Positions 38,791-47,670 of a stretch of DNA of 64,000 nucleotides are shown here, in pieces (the first letter of the stretch is position 1; the number at the start of each line of letters is the position of its first letter). The stretch is from Candidatus Harrisonbacteria bacterium (GTDB lineage Bacteria; Patescibacteriota; Minisyncoccia; UBA6257; WO2-44-18). A model generated the notes under the pieces. It made no database searches. It was not told where the DNA came from and worked only from the letters and a program-made list of their open reading frames with translations. The position numbers were made by a program, and so were the translations under genes. The stretch is taken from positions 11,457-75,456 of the forward strand of contig JACOXP010000007.1 in assembly GCA_016182295.1 (NCBI GenBank), written 5' to 3'.

Positions 38791-39462
38791 GTGATTATTA
38801 ATTCTCTTTATAAAGATGCGCAAGCATTGAGAGATGCTGGCTATTCATATAATATGATCAGCGAAGAACTAGGAATAGCTAAAAGCACCCTTAGTAATTG
38901 GTTTAAAGATAGACCATTTAAGCCCAATAGTGCGGTAATAAAAAGAATTCAGCTTGGGCCAATGAAGAGCGCGGAGAAAAAACATAATAAGAAAGTGTCA
39001 GAAATAGAATATTTTAATCAACTCGGCATTCAAGAAGTCGGGTCTTTGACTCAAAGAGATCTTTGGTTGTTGGGACTTGGTTTATATATCGGAGAAGGAA
39101 CAAAATCGCACGAAATGATCAGAATTATCAATGCCAATCCCGCTGTTATTAAATTAGCTATAAAATGGTTTAAAGAAGTTTGTGGCTTATCTAACGAAAA
39201 TATTACTATTGCAATACATTTATATCCAGATAATAACGTAAAGCAGTGTCTTAATTTCTGGCATAACATAACCGGACTACCAAGAAACAACTTCAGGAAA
39301 ACCCAAATAGATCGCAGGACTAATAAATTAAGGATTAAAAATAAGAAACTTCCCTACGGTACAGCCAACCTTAGTATTATTAGTCGAGGTAATGTTGATA
39401 AAGGCGTTCGCCTTTGTCGACGTATACATGGATGGATGAATGGAGTATTATCACAAGCATGA
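38791..39462 (+). CDS. HTH plus LAGLIDADG-like domain protein
   Basis: LRDAGYSYNMISEELGIAKSTLSNW (HTH); LLGLGLYIGEGTK...IINANP (LAGLIDADG-like helix); ends 1 nt before tRNA-Gly. Confidence 0.7.
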   Translation: MIINSLYKDAQALRDAGYSYNMISEELGIAKSTLSNWFKDRPFKPNSAVIKRIQLGPMKSAEKKHNKKVSEIEYFNQLGIQEVGSLTQRDLWLLGLGLYIGEGTKSHEMIRIINANPAVIKLAIKWFKEVCGLSNENITIAIHLYPDNNVKQCLNFWHNITGLPRNNFRKTQIDRRTNKLRIKNKKLPYGTANLSIISRGNVDKGVRLCRRIHGWMNGVLSQA

Positions 39463-39463
39463 T

Positions 39464-39534
39464 GCGGGTATAGTATAGTGGCATTATGTCAGGTTTCCAA
39501 CCTGAAGACACGGGTTCGAGTCCCGTTACCCGCT
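39464..39534 (+). tRNA. tRNA-Gly(TCC)
   Basis: GCGGGTA/TACCCGC acceptor, TCAGG-TTTCCAA-CCTGA, GGTTCGAGTCC. Confidence 0.96.
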
Positions 39535-39614
39535 CACAAGTCTAATTCGCAAGGCAGACGATCGCCAAATCTGATTTGTATGGGACGTTATTTAGAAATA
39601 AAAAACTCCCGACG

Positions 39615-41063
39615 TTATGTCGAGAGTGTTTGATCGTCTAGATCTTTTTTGTAAAATTTAATCTGTTTCTCGCCGTTGACTTCTTCCAACTTAACCACGA
39701 CCGTATCGGCCAGTTTGATCTCATCAGACTCGACCATTCGAGCGATTTTGGTTCTGATAAATTTTTCCAAGCAATCTTCAAGAGCTTGAGCGCCAAACTC
39801 GCTCTTTTTTACGGAGAGATCAACGAGGTGGTTCATCGCCTCTTGATCTACTTTTAACCCAAAGGGTAATTTCGATTTGGCCAAATCATCATTTAAGTTA
39901 CGAATTAGAAGCTTAAAAATCCTGATAAGGTGCTGGGGTTCGAGTGGTTGAAAGATGACAATTTTATTTACCCGATTCGTAAGCTCAGACGGCAATTTTT
40001 CCCTAAATTTTTCGATAATGCTGTTACGGATCACGTCATCGCGTTTTCTGGAGTCGACTTCATGCGAACTGTCGGCCTGAAAACCCATATGTTTGCTCAT
40101 TTCAGCAATTTCTTCGGCGATAACTTTGCCGATGATTATAATAAAAGAATTTTTGAAACTAGTCGTCTGTTTTTCAGAAATTTGCAGTTGGCCCGTCTCC
40201 ATAATTTCCAACAAAATGTTGAGCAGCACCGGATGCGAGTTTTCGATTTTATCAAAGACAACAATTGAAGTTAAATTCTTGGGTGGATTGCTGGGCTCGT
40301 AAACCCAACCGAAACGGCACATTTCTTCTAGTCTCTTAAAAACACCATCGAGTTCAGAAAGTTCCTTGTTGAAACTTATCAACTCATCGGCCATTTTTTT
40401 TCTTTTCCCTTCCAAAAGGGCGGCTTCCGCTTGTAAATTAGTAATCTCGTCGTCAATCTTCTGGGCTTCGTCATCGAAATTTTCTTGACGTTCTAAAACT
40501 AATTCTTTCATCGCCGTTTCTTTATTTTTAATCTCATCACTTAGAGAACGGATTTCCTCGCCAATTTCCTTGGCTTTCTGCTTAACGTTAAGCAATTCTT
40601 GGCATCTTTTGATAGTCCTGCCGATTTCCTCTTTGTGTTCCCGAGCAAGGTATTTGTGATGATGCCTGTCAAGATTCCATTGGCTCAAGGCCGGATAAGA
40701 AGCAAGTTGTTCAATTTCTTGGGCTTGGGCCTCGTCATCAATATCAGAGTCAATCTCAGAGGAATCGGAAAGATTGGAGCAGGTAATCCTGGTAAATGCT
40801 TGCGGGTCTCCGAATAGCAACTTGGCCAGCATCTCCGGCACACGAATCTTTCCAACCCCAGTTGGTCCAAGAAATAGCACGGAAAAAACAGGGCGGCTAC
40901 GATTCCTCGCTGGAGAAGAATAATTCTCAAGCGCCTCAACCAAAGCTTCAACCGCCCCATCTTGACCGATAATCTCTTCCTGTAGAAATCCAATTACCTT
41001 TTTCATCCTCTTGCTAATCTTTTTGTCATCGAGGTGGATCAACTTCCTTTCTTTGCCTTCCAT
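39615..41063 (-). CDS. ClpB/ClpC D2-like AAA+ protein with coiled-coil insert and degenerate motifs
   Basis: IIGQDGAV, FLGPTGVGKI, VFDKIENSHP.LLNILL, SFKNS, ELTNRV..IV.FQPL, FGAQAL. Confidence 0.8.
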   Translation of the reverse strand: MEGKERKLIHLDDKKISKRMKKVIGFLQEEIIGQDGAVEALVEALENYSSPARNRSRPVFSVLFLGPTGVGKIRVPEMLAKLLFGDPQAFTRITCSNLSDSSEIDSDIDDEAQAQEIEQLASYPALSQWNLDRHHHKYLAREHKEEIGRTIKRCQELLNVKQKAKEIGEEIRSLSDEIKNKETAMKELVLERQENFDDEAQKIDDEITNLQAEAALLEGKRKKMADELISFNKELSELDGVFKRLEEMCRFGWVYEPSNPPKNLTSIVVFDKIENSHPVLLNILLEIMETGQLQISEKQTTSFKNSFIIIIGKVIAEEIAEMSKHMGFQADSSHEVDSRKRDDVIRNSIIEKFREKLPSELTNRVNKIVIFQPLEPQHLIRIFKLLIRNLNDDLAKSKLPFGLKVDQEAMNHLVDLSVKKSEFGAQALEDCLEKFIRTKIARMVESDEIKLADTVVVKLEEVNGEKQIKFYKKDLDDQTLST

Positions 41064-41149
41064 ATTCTTCTCCTGTTAATGTCCTACTTTTCAGAGTATA
41101 CCAATAAAAAAACCCCGACAAGAGTCAACTCTTGTCGGGGGGTATAACA

Positions 41150-43117
41150 TTACTGCATTTCCTTGAGATAAGCATCGAAGTCTTTTAAGACTTCGGCGTT
41201 TCCGGTTTCCAAATCTATCGTTGGCAGAGCGCGAAAGCTGGCTTCGCTTTCGATAATCCGCTGATTCGCGAATCTAACTTTGAGTAAGCCAACTCCGAAA
41301 TCAACGGTTTTCAATTTATCATCTTCAAAACCGCTGCGCTGTTTGATAGTACCGACCTGAAGACAAACTCTTTGCCCTGTTTCAAATCGCCACTCGTTAA
41401 CAGCTTCCGCGGTATGAAAATTAGCGCCGAAGACCACATGGCTATCCACCTTGGCCAACATTTCCTGCGGTCGTATGGACGGCGTCTTGGTCCGCGCCAT
41501 AGAAGGGTGAAGTAACGCAATTGAAAGCCCAGAGGGAAGTATGTGCTTTTCCCCTCGGCCGAGTCGGATAATTTTCCGGCTCGCAATGCCCAATAAATCG
41601 CCGTTATTGTAACTGATCTTGCGCTTCGCAAGCACCTTGCTAATGCCCTTCACCAAATAGAGTTTGAGGTCGCTCTGGAAAATTTCCAGAGAGTCAAACC
41701 CAGCCGGAAGGGTCCATTCACAATGGTTGCCTGGGATATAAACAAAGGTCAAAAGCGCTTTCTCGATCAACTTAACCAGTTGGTCGCTGTTTGGCTTTCC
41801 CTTAGCTTCTTCTAAGACTTCTGCCAATCTGGGCTCGAAAACTTTCAACATTGCCGTGCCAACGAGATAGGCAGCGAGTTTTTCCTGCTTTGTGTAATTG
41901 AAAACGTATTTAGCGCTTCCAAGCACTTCATTTCTGAGAAGCAAATCATGCTTCAGCCCCTCAACAAAGTCGCCGACGCCGACAAAATAATTAAGCTTGT
42001 TAGCCAGGATAATTTGGGGAACAACGTCTCGGAAAAATCTCATATCGGTATGGCGGCATCCGGCATGGAGACATCCAAAAGCGCAGAAAGAATCCTCCTG
42101 TAATTTTGTTTCCAAAGCCGGATAGCGAAGTTTTTTCTGAAACCAACCCAAATCAAAATAGTATCGTTTGGAGGCCTCATCTTCGCCAAGCTTGGGCCAA
42201 GAAAAGCTGACTTCTTTCCTGCAAAGATTATCTAATTCTCTTTTGAGTTCGTTGCGATTAATGTTGATTTCGTCCCGCAGCTGGCCGAGAGTAAGCGGAC
42301 CGCGTTTTTTTAATTCTTCAACGCAGATTTTTTGAATCTCCGTTGAATAAGGCGGCGCTTGTACCAAGGCCCACTCGCCCGAAACCAAATCTTTGAAATT
42401 GATAATCGTCCAGGACGCTTCTTTGGCGTTCAGAGTAGTTGATTCTAAAATGCAAATACCAATCTGGTTTTCCACAATCCGCGTTTCGTCAACTTTGGAA
42501 AGAGCGGGCAAGGTAAAATACGGCCTTTTGATTTCAGTGGCGTCTCCCGGGTTAAAAACCGAAACGCCGAGACCGCCGACAACGTTGATGTTGCCAAGAC
42601 CTCTTGTGCCTCGCTTCAATTCATCTTTCAAAACCCGCAAAGCTGGCGTGTCATAATAATCACCCCTCATCCACACGCCTCTCTTGGGAGCATAAGCTCC
42701 AAGAATTTCACCCAATTGTTTGATTTCCAAACGGTCGCCGCCGGCTCGGTAAAGACGTATATCTCGTCGCGTTTCAACCAAACGGCGCGCCACAGCTTCG
42801 CCAATCCAACCATCATAGGCGGGACTTGTAATAATATGCAATTTAATTTCTGGAATTACCGGGATCGCTTTTTTAAGCTTGTCAACGATGTCTTGAATAA
42901 AAGTTTCTTCCACTTCCTTTCGCGCATCACCTTTTTTCCCGCGGCGATCAATTTCCAATTTACTGTAAAGTGACTTGAAATCCACCAGACCGCCTATCAA
43001 GACATTGTAGTGCGTCTTTCTCTTAATGAAATAGTTTGTGGCTAACTCCCAAAGACCCTCTCGGTATCCCGGGCCACCGTAATCCAGGCGCGACACCAGG
43101 CCGATTCTTACTGACAT
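41150..43117 (-). CDS. Tandem metallophosphoesterase-like protein with central HTH
   Basis: C-terminal GCLHAG, GDFVEG, PGNH, LLHP, NFHT; N-terminal degenerate copy; central LTLGQLRDEININRNELKRELDNL. Confidence 0.65.
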   Translation of the reverse strand: MSVRIGLVSRLDYGGPGYREGLWELATNYFIKRKTHYNVLIGGLVDFKSLYSKLEIDRRGKKGDARKEVEETFIQDIVDKLKKAIPVIPEIKLHIITSPAYDGWIGEAVARRLVETRRDIRLYRAGGDRLEIKQLGEILGAYAPKRGVWMRGDYYDTPALRVLKDELKRGTRGLGNINVVGGLGVSVFNPGDATEIKRPYFTLPALSKVDETRIVENQIGICILESTTLNAKEASWTIINFKDLVSGEWALVQAPPYSTEIQKICVEELKKRGPLTLGQLRDEININRNELKRELDNLCRKEVSFSWPKLGEDEASKRYYFDLGWFQKKLRYPALETKLQEDSFCAFGCLHAGCRHTDMRFFRDVVPQIILANKLNYFVGVGDFVEGLKHDLLLRNEVLGSAKYVFNYTKQEKLAAYLVGTAMLKVFEPRLAEVLEEAKGKPNSDQLVKLIEKALLTFVYIPGNHCEWTLPAGFDSLEIFQSDLKLYLVKGISKVLAKRKISYNNGDLLGIASRKIIRLGRGEKHILPSGLSIALLHPSMARTKTPSIRPQEMLAKVDSHVVFGANFHTAEAVNEWRFETGQRVCLQVGTIKQRSGFEDDKLKTVDFGVGLLKVRFANQRIIESEASFRALPTIDLETGNAEVLKDFDAYLKEMQ

Positions 43118-43206
43118 AGAACTCCTCCTTCTTTCTTGTTTTAAACGAACAACGACTGTTTATAGTATTAAGCAAAATAAAAAAAGGGTCAACAAACGTT
43201 GACCCT

Positions 43207-43791
43207 TTATGGATGCCAAATGGAAACTTGTCGTTCGTCATTAAAATCTTTCTGGTTACCCACCGGCCACTCGAATCCAAATCGTTTCGCCGCCTTGTAA
43301 ATGGTATTAATGTTTATTTCGGGAAACTTTGACTCCAACCATTTGTGGGGATTGCTGTGATTTTTTGCTTTTTTCAACGCTTTTCTTAATCGTTCTTTTT
43401 CTTCATCCGGCCACCAACGATGATCCGTTCTTTTAAGACCCTGGACGGCGGCATGACCCACAAGACTGCCTTTATTTCTTCCAGGAAAAGATTTCAAGAG
43501 TTCCGGCCAGGAAGCGGTTGTGTATTGCTTTTTGAAATCGGCGTTTTCTTTATCAGACCAAAATACATACTCGCGTTTTCTTTTTAAATGCAAATGGTTG
43601 CGGGCGCGAAGATTAATAGCCGTCCAGCTTCTTCCGGGAAGCCGCGCTTCTATGACGTTTCGCGGTGCTTTTTCAAAAACAGCAATCAAAATAACGTCCT
43701 CTTTTTTCACCCATGGCTTTTTAATCATTATTTCTCTCCCAAAGTTCTGCGGAAATCTTATCAAAGAAAAAATCTTGGCGCAAGCCCTCAT
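43207..43791 (-). CDS. Protein with three Myb/SANT-like repeats; likely start 43728
   Basis: W..EE/ED...L.......LPGRS..AI..RA, FWSDKE...FPGRNK.SL..HA, WWPDEEK...FPEININTI..AA. Confidence 0.6.
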   Translation of the reverse strand: MRACAKIFSLIRFPQNFGREIMIKKPWVKKEDVILIAVFEKAPRNVIEARLPGRSWTAINLRARNHLHLKRKREYVFWSDKENADFKKQYTTASWPELLKSFPGRNKGSLVGHAAVQGLKRTDHRWWPDEEKERLRKALKKAKNHSNPHKWLESKFPEININTIYKAAKRFGFEWPVGNQKDFNDERQVSIWHP

Positions 43792-43798
43792 TTGTCTA

Positions 43799-44917
43799 TC
43801 AGTAAAGAGAGTTTAATAATTCTAAAGTTTTCGGTCCCACGAAACCAGTCGGGGAAATTCCATATTTCTTTTGCAGAGCGATAACCCCCCTGTGGGTGCA
43901 GTTGAAGAAATTGCCCGTCGGGCCGCAGCCGTAAACTTCCTCGGCCATTAAGGCGAGTTGGAGCGCGAAAATATCAGGATCGGCGCGCAGGCCGATGCCG
44001 ACCCCGTTTCTCCAGATATACGGCAAGATTGAGCTCTCTACCGAATCATCATTGGGATCGAGATATTTTTTAATTCCAAGAAAAGTTTGGTAGGCAAGCT
44101 CCTGAACCGCCATCGGACGGACGTCGACGTCGATAAACTGCGTTTCGTAAATATAGCCGTATTCTATCAAAAGCGCCGGATTATAAAGCGAACCGCTGGC
44201 GCCAAGCGCGATCAGATCGGGATCTTCAATGATGCCGGTGGATTCTTTGGGAAAATCACTAACCGTAAAATATTTTTTCAGCCGTTCGAAAATTGATTTG
44301 GCCAACTCGCCGCTCGCTCTTCCGTTGGGCAGCTGGCGATCGGGCGTGTAGATGGCAAAACCGGTGTATTTTCCGGGAAAAGCGCGAAGTCGGCCCGGAT
44401 AATCATTGAAATGAACATGCAAAACCAGATCCACTGAATTTCGTCCAACCCAATAATTAATGCCATAAAGCTTTATCGAGTCCTCGGACGAGACGCTGAC
44501 ATGAGCGACCGGCGCCTCAGTGTCTTTCAGCAATCCCCCGCCGACAAGCTCGCGATGGACTTTTTTAACTCGATCTCGAAATTCGGTGACTTCGCTTCTG
44601 CCTTCCTGAAATAGATCGACTAAGTATGGTTGGTAGCCGTTTTCATCGCGGGTAAGGATTACTTGAAAACGCGGATCGGTTTCCAAAAATCTTTTTAATT
44701 CCTGCGCCAGCTTTACATTGAGGTCGGCCTCTAGAAGACCGCGGTAAACGGCGCCGTTTTTCGTTTCGTCATCGTGACCCGGGACAATCAAAACCCGAAA
44801 CGAATATTTTTCGTACTTGTTTTTCAGAGTTTCCGATGTGTAAATCTCCGGATAAATAACCAACGCTCCGGCAGTCAGCGGCAAAAGAATCAAAAATAGC
44901 AAAAGGGGCTTCATCAT
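43799..44917 (-). CDS. N-acetylmuramoyl-L-alanine amidase with C-terminal peptidoglycan-binding domain
   Basis: IVPGHD, E...N..LA, LTR, LHVHFND, LIEYGY; C-terminal LQKKYGI..TG.VGPKT. Confidence 0.88.
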   Translation of the reverse strand: MMKPLLLFLILLPLTAGALVIYPEIYTSETLKNKYEKYSFRVLIVPGHDDETKNGAVYRGLLEADLNVKLAQELKRFLETDPRFQVILTRDENGYQPYLVDLFQEGRSEVTEFRDRVKKVHRELVGGGLLKDTEAPVAHVSVSSEDSIKLYGINYWVGRNSVDLVLHVHFNDYPGRLRAFPGKYTGFAIYTPDRQLPNGRASGELAKSIFERLKKYFTVSDFPKESTGIIEDPDLIALGASGSLYNPALLIEYGYIYETQFIDVDVRPMAVQELAYQTFLGIKKYLDPNDDSVESSILPYIWRNGVGIGLRADPDIFALQLALMAEEVYGCGPTGNFFNCTHRGVIALQKKYGISPTGFVGPKTLELLNSLY

Positions 44918-45016
44918 TTCATTTTAACATTTATTTCATAAGCGGAAATACAAATACTTGATTTATCAACTGGTAATTTGGTAGTCTGTGGTCAACGAAT
45001 TAAAAGGAGGCGAAAG

Positions 45017-45214
45017 ATGTTGCCCAAGCGGAAAAAGAAGAAGAGCCGAGAGATTCGATTCACGGTGTGTAAGGGCTGTGATTCACAAATTGATGACATG
45101 GGTTGCGGTATGAGCTGTCAATATGATACCAACAGCTTTGGAGATCGTGACCCGGCAACAATGCAAGTTGAGGTGTATGTGCTCGACAGAATTGAGCCCT
45201 ACAAGGACCCGTAA
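45017..45214 (+). CDS. Small Cys-containing hypothetical protein
   Basis: AAGGAGG RBS, CKGC...C...C, downstream terminator. Confidence 0.55.
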   Translation: MLPKRKKKKSREIRFTVCKGCDSQIDDMGCGMSCQYDTNSFGDRDPATMQVEVYVLDRIEPYKDP

Positions 45215-45379
45215 TGTAACGGGTCTTTTTATTTCTTTGTCCTTCCGAAGCCTTGGCGGAGGAGGAATACTCCGCCAGTCCGTTTTAAAATATCGAAAAA
45301 ATGGCCAAAGACCACAACGCACATTGTAATAGTTTTCATTTTAGATTACTATTCAAATAGTTCTTTTACGGAGCTGCTA

Positions 45380-45712
45380 ATGATAGAAATAGATTGGTAC
45401 GCGAATGTTGGCCGTTGTTTTCCCGAACCGGGAACGATTAAGAAAGTTAATTGCGGCGTGTGCGGCGCGCAAATGAAAGTGAGACGGAATGTTTTGGGAC
45501 CTACCAGTTGGGCAATGACAGTGGTCGGCATGAAACGCAGGCACGATTCATTCACTTGCCCTCGTATCAGTGAAGATTGGCACGAAAGAATTGTCCACCT
45601 AAAAATGTACGTATATTCGGCGGGGATGGGCTGGAAAATCGATTATGATAAGAAAAAGAAAGCTGCGGCAAAAGAGATCAAGAAACTACTAAAGAAATAT
45701 GCGGCGCGATAG
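45380..45712 (+). CDS. Hypothetical protein, possible Zn-binding
   Basis: CGVCG...HDSFTCP...WH; downstream terminator. Confidence 0.6.
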   Translation: MIEIDWYANVGRCFPEPGTIKKVNCGVCGAQMKVRRNVLGPTSWAMTVVGMKRRHDSFTCPRISEDWHERIVHLKMYVYSAGMGWKIDYDKKKKAAAKEIKKLLKKYAAR

Positions 45713-45752
45713 CATCAAGCCGCTTTTTATTTTTGCCCCACCATCCAGCAGG

Positions 45753-46016
45753 CTATTTATAGACTTCTTTTCTGTGTTTTACCCGCAAAAGAAAAATCTT
45801 TTTATTATCCAAAAACTTAAAGACTGCTCTGTAATCCCTCCCTATTCTGAAAGAATAAAAGCCAGCTAATTTTCCATGTAACGGTTTCGTATGAAGTCTA
45901 GGATGAAATGGGTTGTTTTTCAAAACTTGGAGCAGTGCGTCAACTTGCAGCTTGGTTCCATGGTCAAGCTTTTTTACAGAGAATACAAAGCTGTTGCCAA
46001 AAACAAGCGAATGCAT
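45753..46016 (-). CDS. Type II toxin, RelE/YafQ-like mRNA interferase
   Basis: NPFHPRLHTKPLHGKLAGFYSFRIGRDYRAVF...HRKEVY. Confidence 0.88.
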   Translation of the reverse strand: MHSLVFGNSFVFSVKKLDHGTKLQVDALLQVLKNNPFHPRLHTKPLHGKLAGFYSFRIGRDYRAVFKFLDNKKIFLLRVKHRKEVYK

Positions 46017-46217
46017 TTAGGCAGCAAGTTTGAGAAAATTTTTAGAGCTGTATTTATAACGAGGTTTTTCTTTTGCGGCTTTCAAAATCTCTTTAACAAA
46101 TTCTTCGCGATATTCACCCTCTAAGTCTTTTGCTTGTTCTAAAATAGGCAAAATAAACTCTTCTAGAAGTTCTTTCTTAATCTCTTTTTTAAGTTTTTGA
46201 ATTGTTGCGGTACTCAT
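46017..46217 (-). CDS. Putative antitoxin
   Basis: 66 aa directly upstream of the toxin; DLEGEYREEFVKEIL. Confidence 0.75.
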   Translation of the reverse strand: MSTATIQKLKKEIKKELLEEFILPILEQAKDLEGEYREEFVKEILKAAKEKPRYKYSSKNFLKLAA

Positions 46218-46413
46218 ACATTTATCGTATCAAAATGCAAAATCATAAGCAAATCATGGCGGGCATCGTGGACGATGTTAGAACTGTGTTTCAACGGCAA
46301 ACAAAGTTTGTTTATATACCTTTGGCTACCCTAATGCGTGAACACCATACTTCTTTGGCTTGCGTTAGTTTTGGAAGCCTGATAATATGGGGGCGGCAAA
46401 TTGAAAGGAGGTC

Positions 46414-46806
46414 GTGATGCTAAGGTGGGGTACGCTGGTGGTGGCTATGTTGGTAACTGCCGGGTGTTGCTCGCTAGAGGCAACAACGCACTCAAAGCAG
46501 TGGTTCAGGGTTTTGGTGATTAATGAAAGTAAACAAACGCTTTTCTTATACCACATCGACTACAGTTTAGAAATTAATCCTGGCGAAAAACATATCACCA
46601 AATGGATACACAATGGTAACCACGATTATTCGGCCGTTCTACGTTATCGACTTATCGATAAGGATGGCGGACAGATGGCCGAGGACGGAACTGTTATCTA
46701 CTACGTATCGGCTTTTAGATACGCTGACGATAAAGATTACTATTTAAAAATATATGACGACAATCATTGGGTAACATGGGCACTGGACAACCCCCTACAA
46801 GAATAG
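46414..46806 (+). CDS. Hypothetical lipoprotein
   Basis: AAGGAGG RBS; TAGC lipobox. Confidence 0.65.
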   Translation: MMLRWGTLVVAMLVTAGCCSLEATTHSKQWFRVLVINESKQTLFLYHIDYSLEINPGEKHITKWIHNGNHDYSAVLRYRLIDKDGGQMAEDGTVIYYVSAFRYADDKDYYLKIYDDNHWVTWALDNPLQE

Positions 46807-46884
46807 GGGGTTTTTATACGCCAAATTTCCGAACGAAAACCACGGCCGTAAGGCCGGGGAGTTTTATTTTTACCGAAGGGCTAC

Positions 46885-47271
46885 TTACTGTATTTTGCGT
46901 GAATGTTTTTTAAACCAAGAGGCGATAGTTTCCAGATCAAATTTTTTATCCACTACTTCCAATACAAAATTTTCTACTTCCTTGTTGGTAGCGGTTAATT
47001 CTAGTCCGTTTAAGAATAAAAACCTTGCGCTGGCGCCAATGCCAATCCTTTTATTTCCGTCAATAAAAATATGGTAACGCGCTAACGACTCTAAATAAGC
47101 GGCGGCTTTGTTAAATACGCCTTGGTACAATTCCTTTCCGCCAAATGACATTTTTGCTTTTTCCACAATTGAAACTAAAAGACCGGCATCGCGTATTCCA
47201 TGCGAGCCGCCGGTCCTGTCGATAATTTCAGAGTGAATAACCAAAATTTCCTCACCGGATAAATACTTCAT
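46885..47271 (-). CDS. doc: Type II toxin, Doc/Fic family
   Basis: GIRDAGLL.S, KAAAYL..L..YHIFIDGNKR. Confidence 0.92.
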   Translation of the reverse strand: MKYLSGEEILVIHSEIIDRTGGSHGIRDAGLLVSIVEKAKMSFGGKELYQGVFNKAAAYLESLARYHIFIDGNKRIGIGASARFLFLNGLELTATNKEVENFVLEVVDKKFDLETIASWFKKHSRKIQ

Positions 47272-47279
47272 CGGTGAGA

Positions 47280-47510
47280 TTATTTTTTGGCAAGCGCTTC
47301 CAACGCCGGACGATAACGCTCGATGAATTTTCCAGTCCAATCAAGCAATTTTTTATCAACCCTGGAGGTCGGTCTTATGAGGACGGTTTTGCGTCTTTTG
47401 TCAACCTCAATAGTAATTCGATCCCCAATTTTAAGACCAAGCTCCTCAAGAGATTTTTTAGGAATTGTAACGGCGGCTGAACTGCCAACTTTTAAGACCT
47501 TTTGAGTCAT
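47280..47510 (-). CDS. AbrB/MazE-family antitoxin
   Basis: KVLKVGSSAAVTIPK..LE.LGLK.GD...Y..ALE.LA. Confidence 0.9.
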   Translation of the reverse strand: MTQKVLKVGSSAAVTIPKKSLEELGLKIGDRITIEVDKRRKTVLIRPTSRVDKKLLDWTGKFIERYRPALEALAKK

Positions 47511-47670
47511 ATGATTATAATTTTATTATAATCTCTAATAAGTACAAGTCAAGCTTTTGCGGGGCATCGTGGACGATGTTAGAACTGCAATTCAAAATAG
47601 AAATGCTCTTATTTATATTCCCGAACTCATTATCGTGCGCCCATAAAGCCATAAAAAATCTCGCTTGTTA

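Larger units (their letters stand above)
46261..47587 (+). repeat. 26-bp direct repeat (46261-46286 and 47562-47587) with internal palindrome
   Basis: GGGCATCGTGGACGATGTTAGAACTG identical twice; each followed by TTCAA-N16-TTTATAT. Confidence 0.9.

Noticed and set aside
45239-45280. REP-like palindrome GTCCTTCCGAAGCCTTGGCGGAGGAGGA
   Set aside because: Single copy in the window, so a repeat family cannot be established from this sequence.
46833-46862. Hairpin CCACGGCCGTAAGGCCGGGG resembling an IS200/IS605 end
   Set aside because: No tnpA/tnpB or partner end nearby; it could simply be a terminator between convergent genes.
33033-47587. CRISPR array
   Set aside because: Each repeat occurs only twice, 1.3-1.8 kb apart; no regular spacers and no cas genes.
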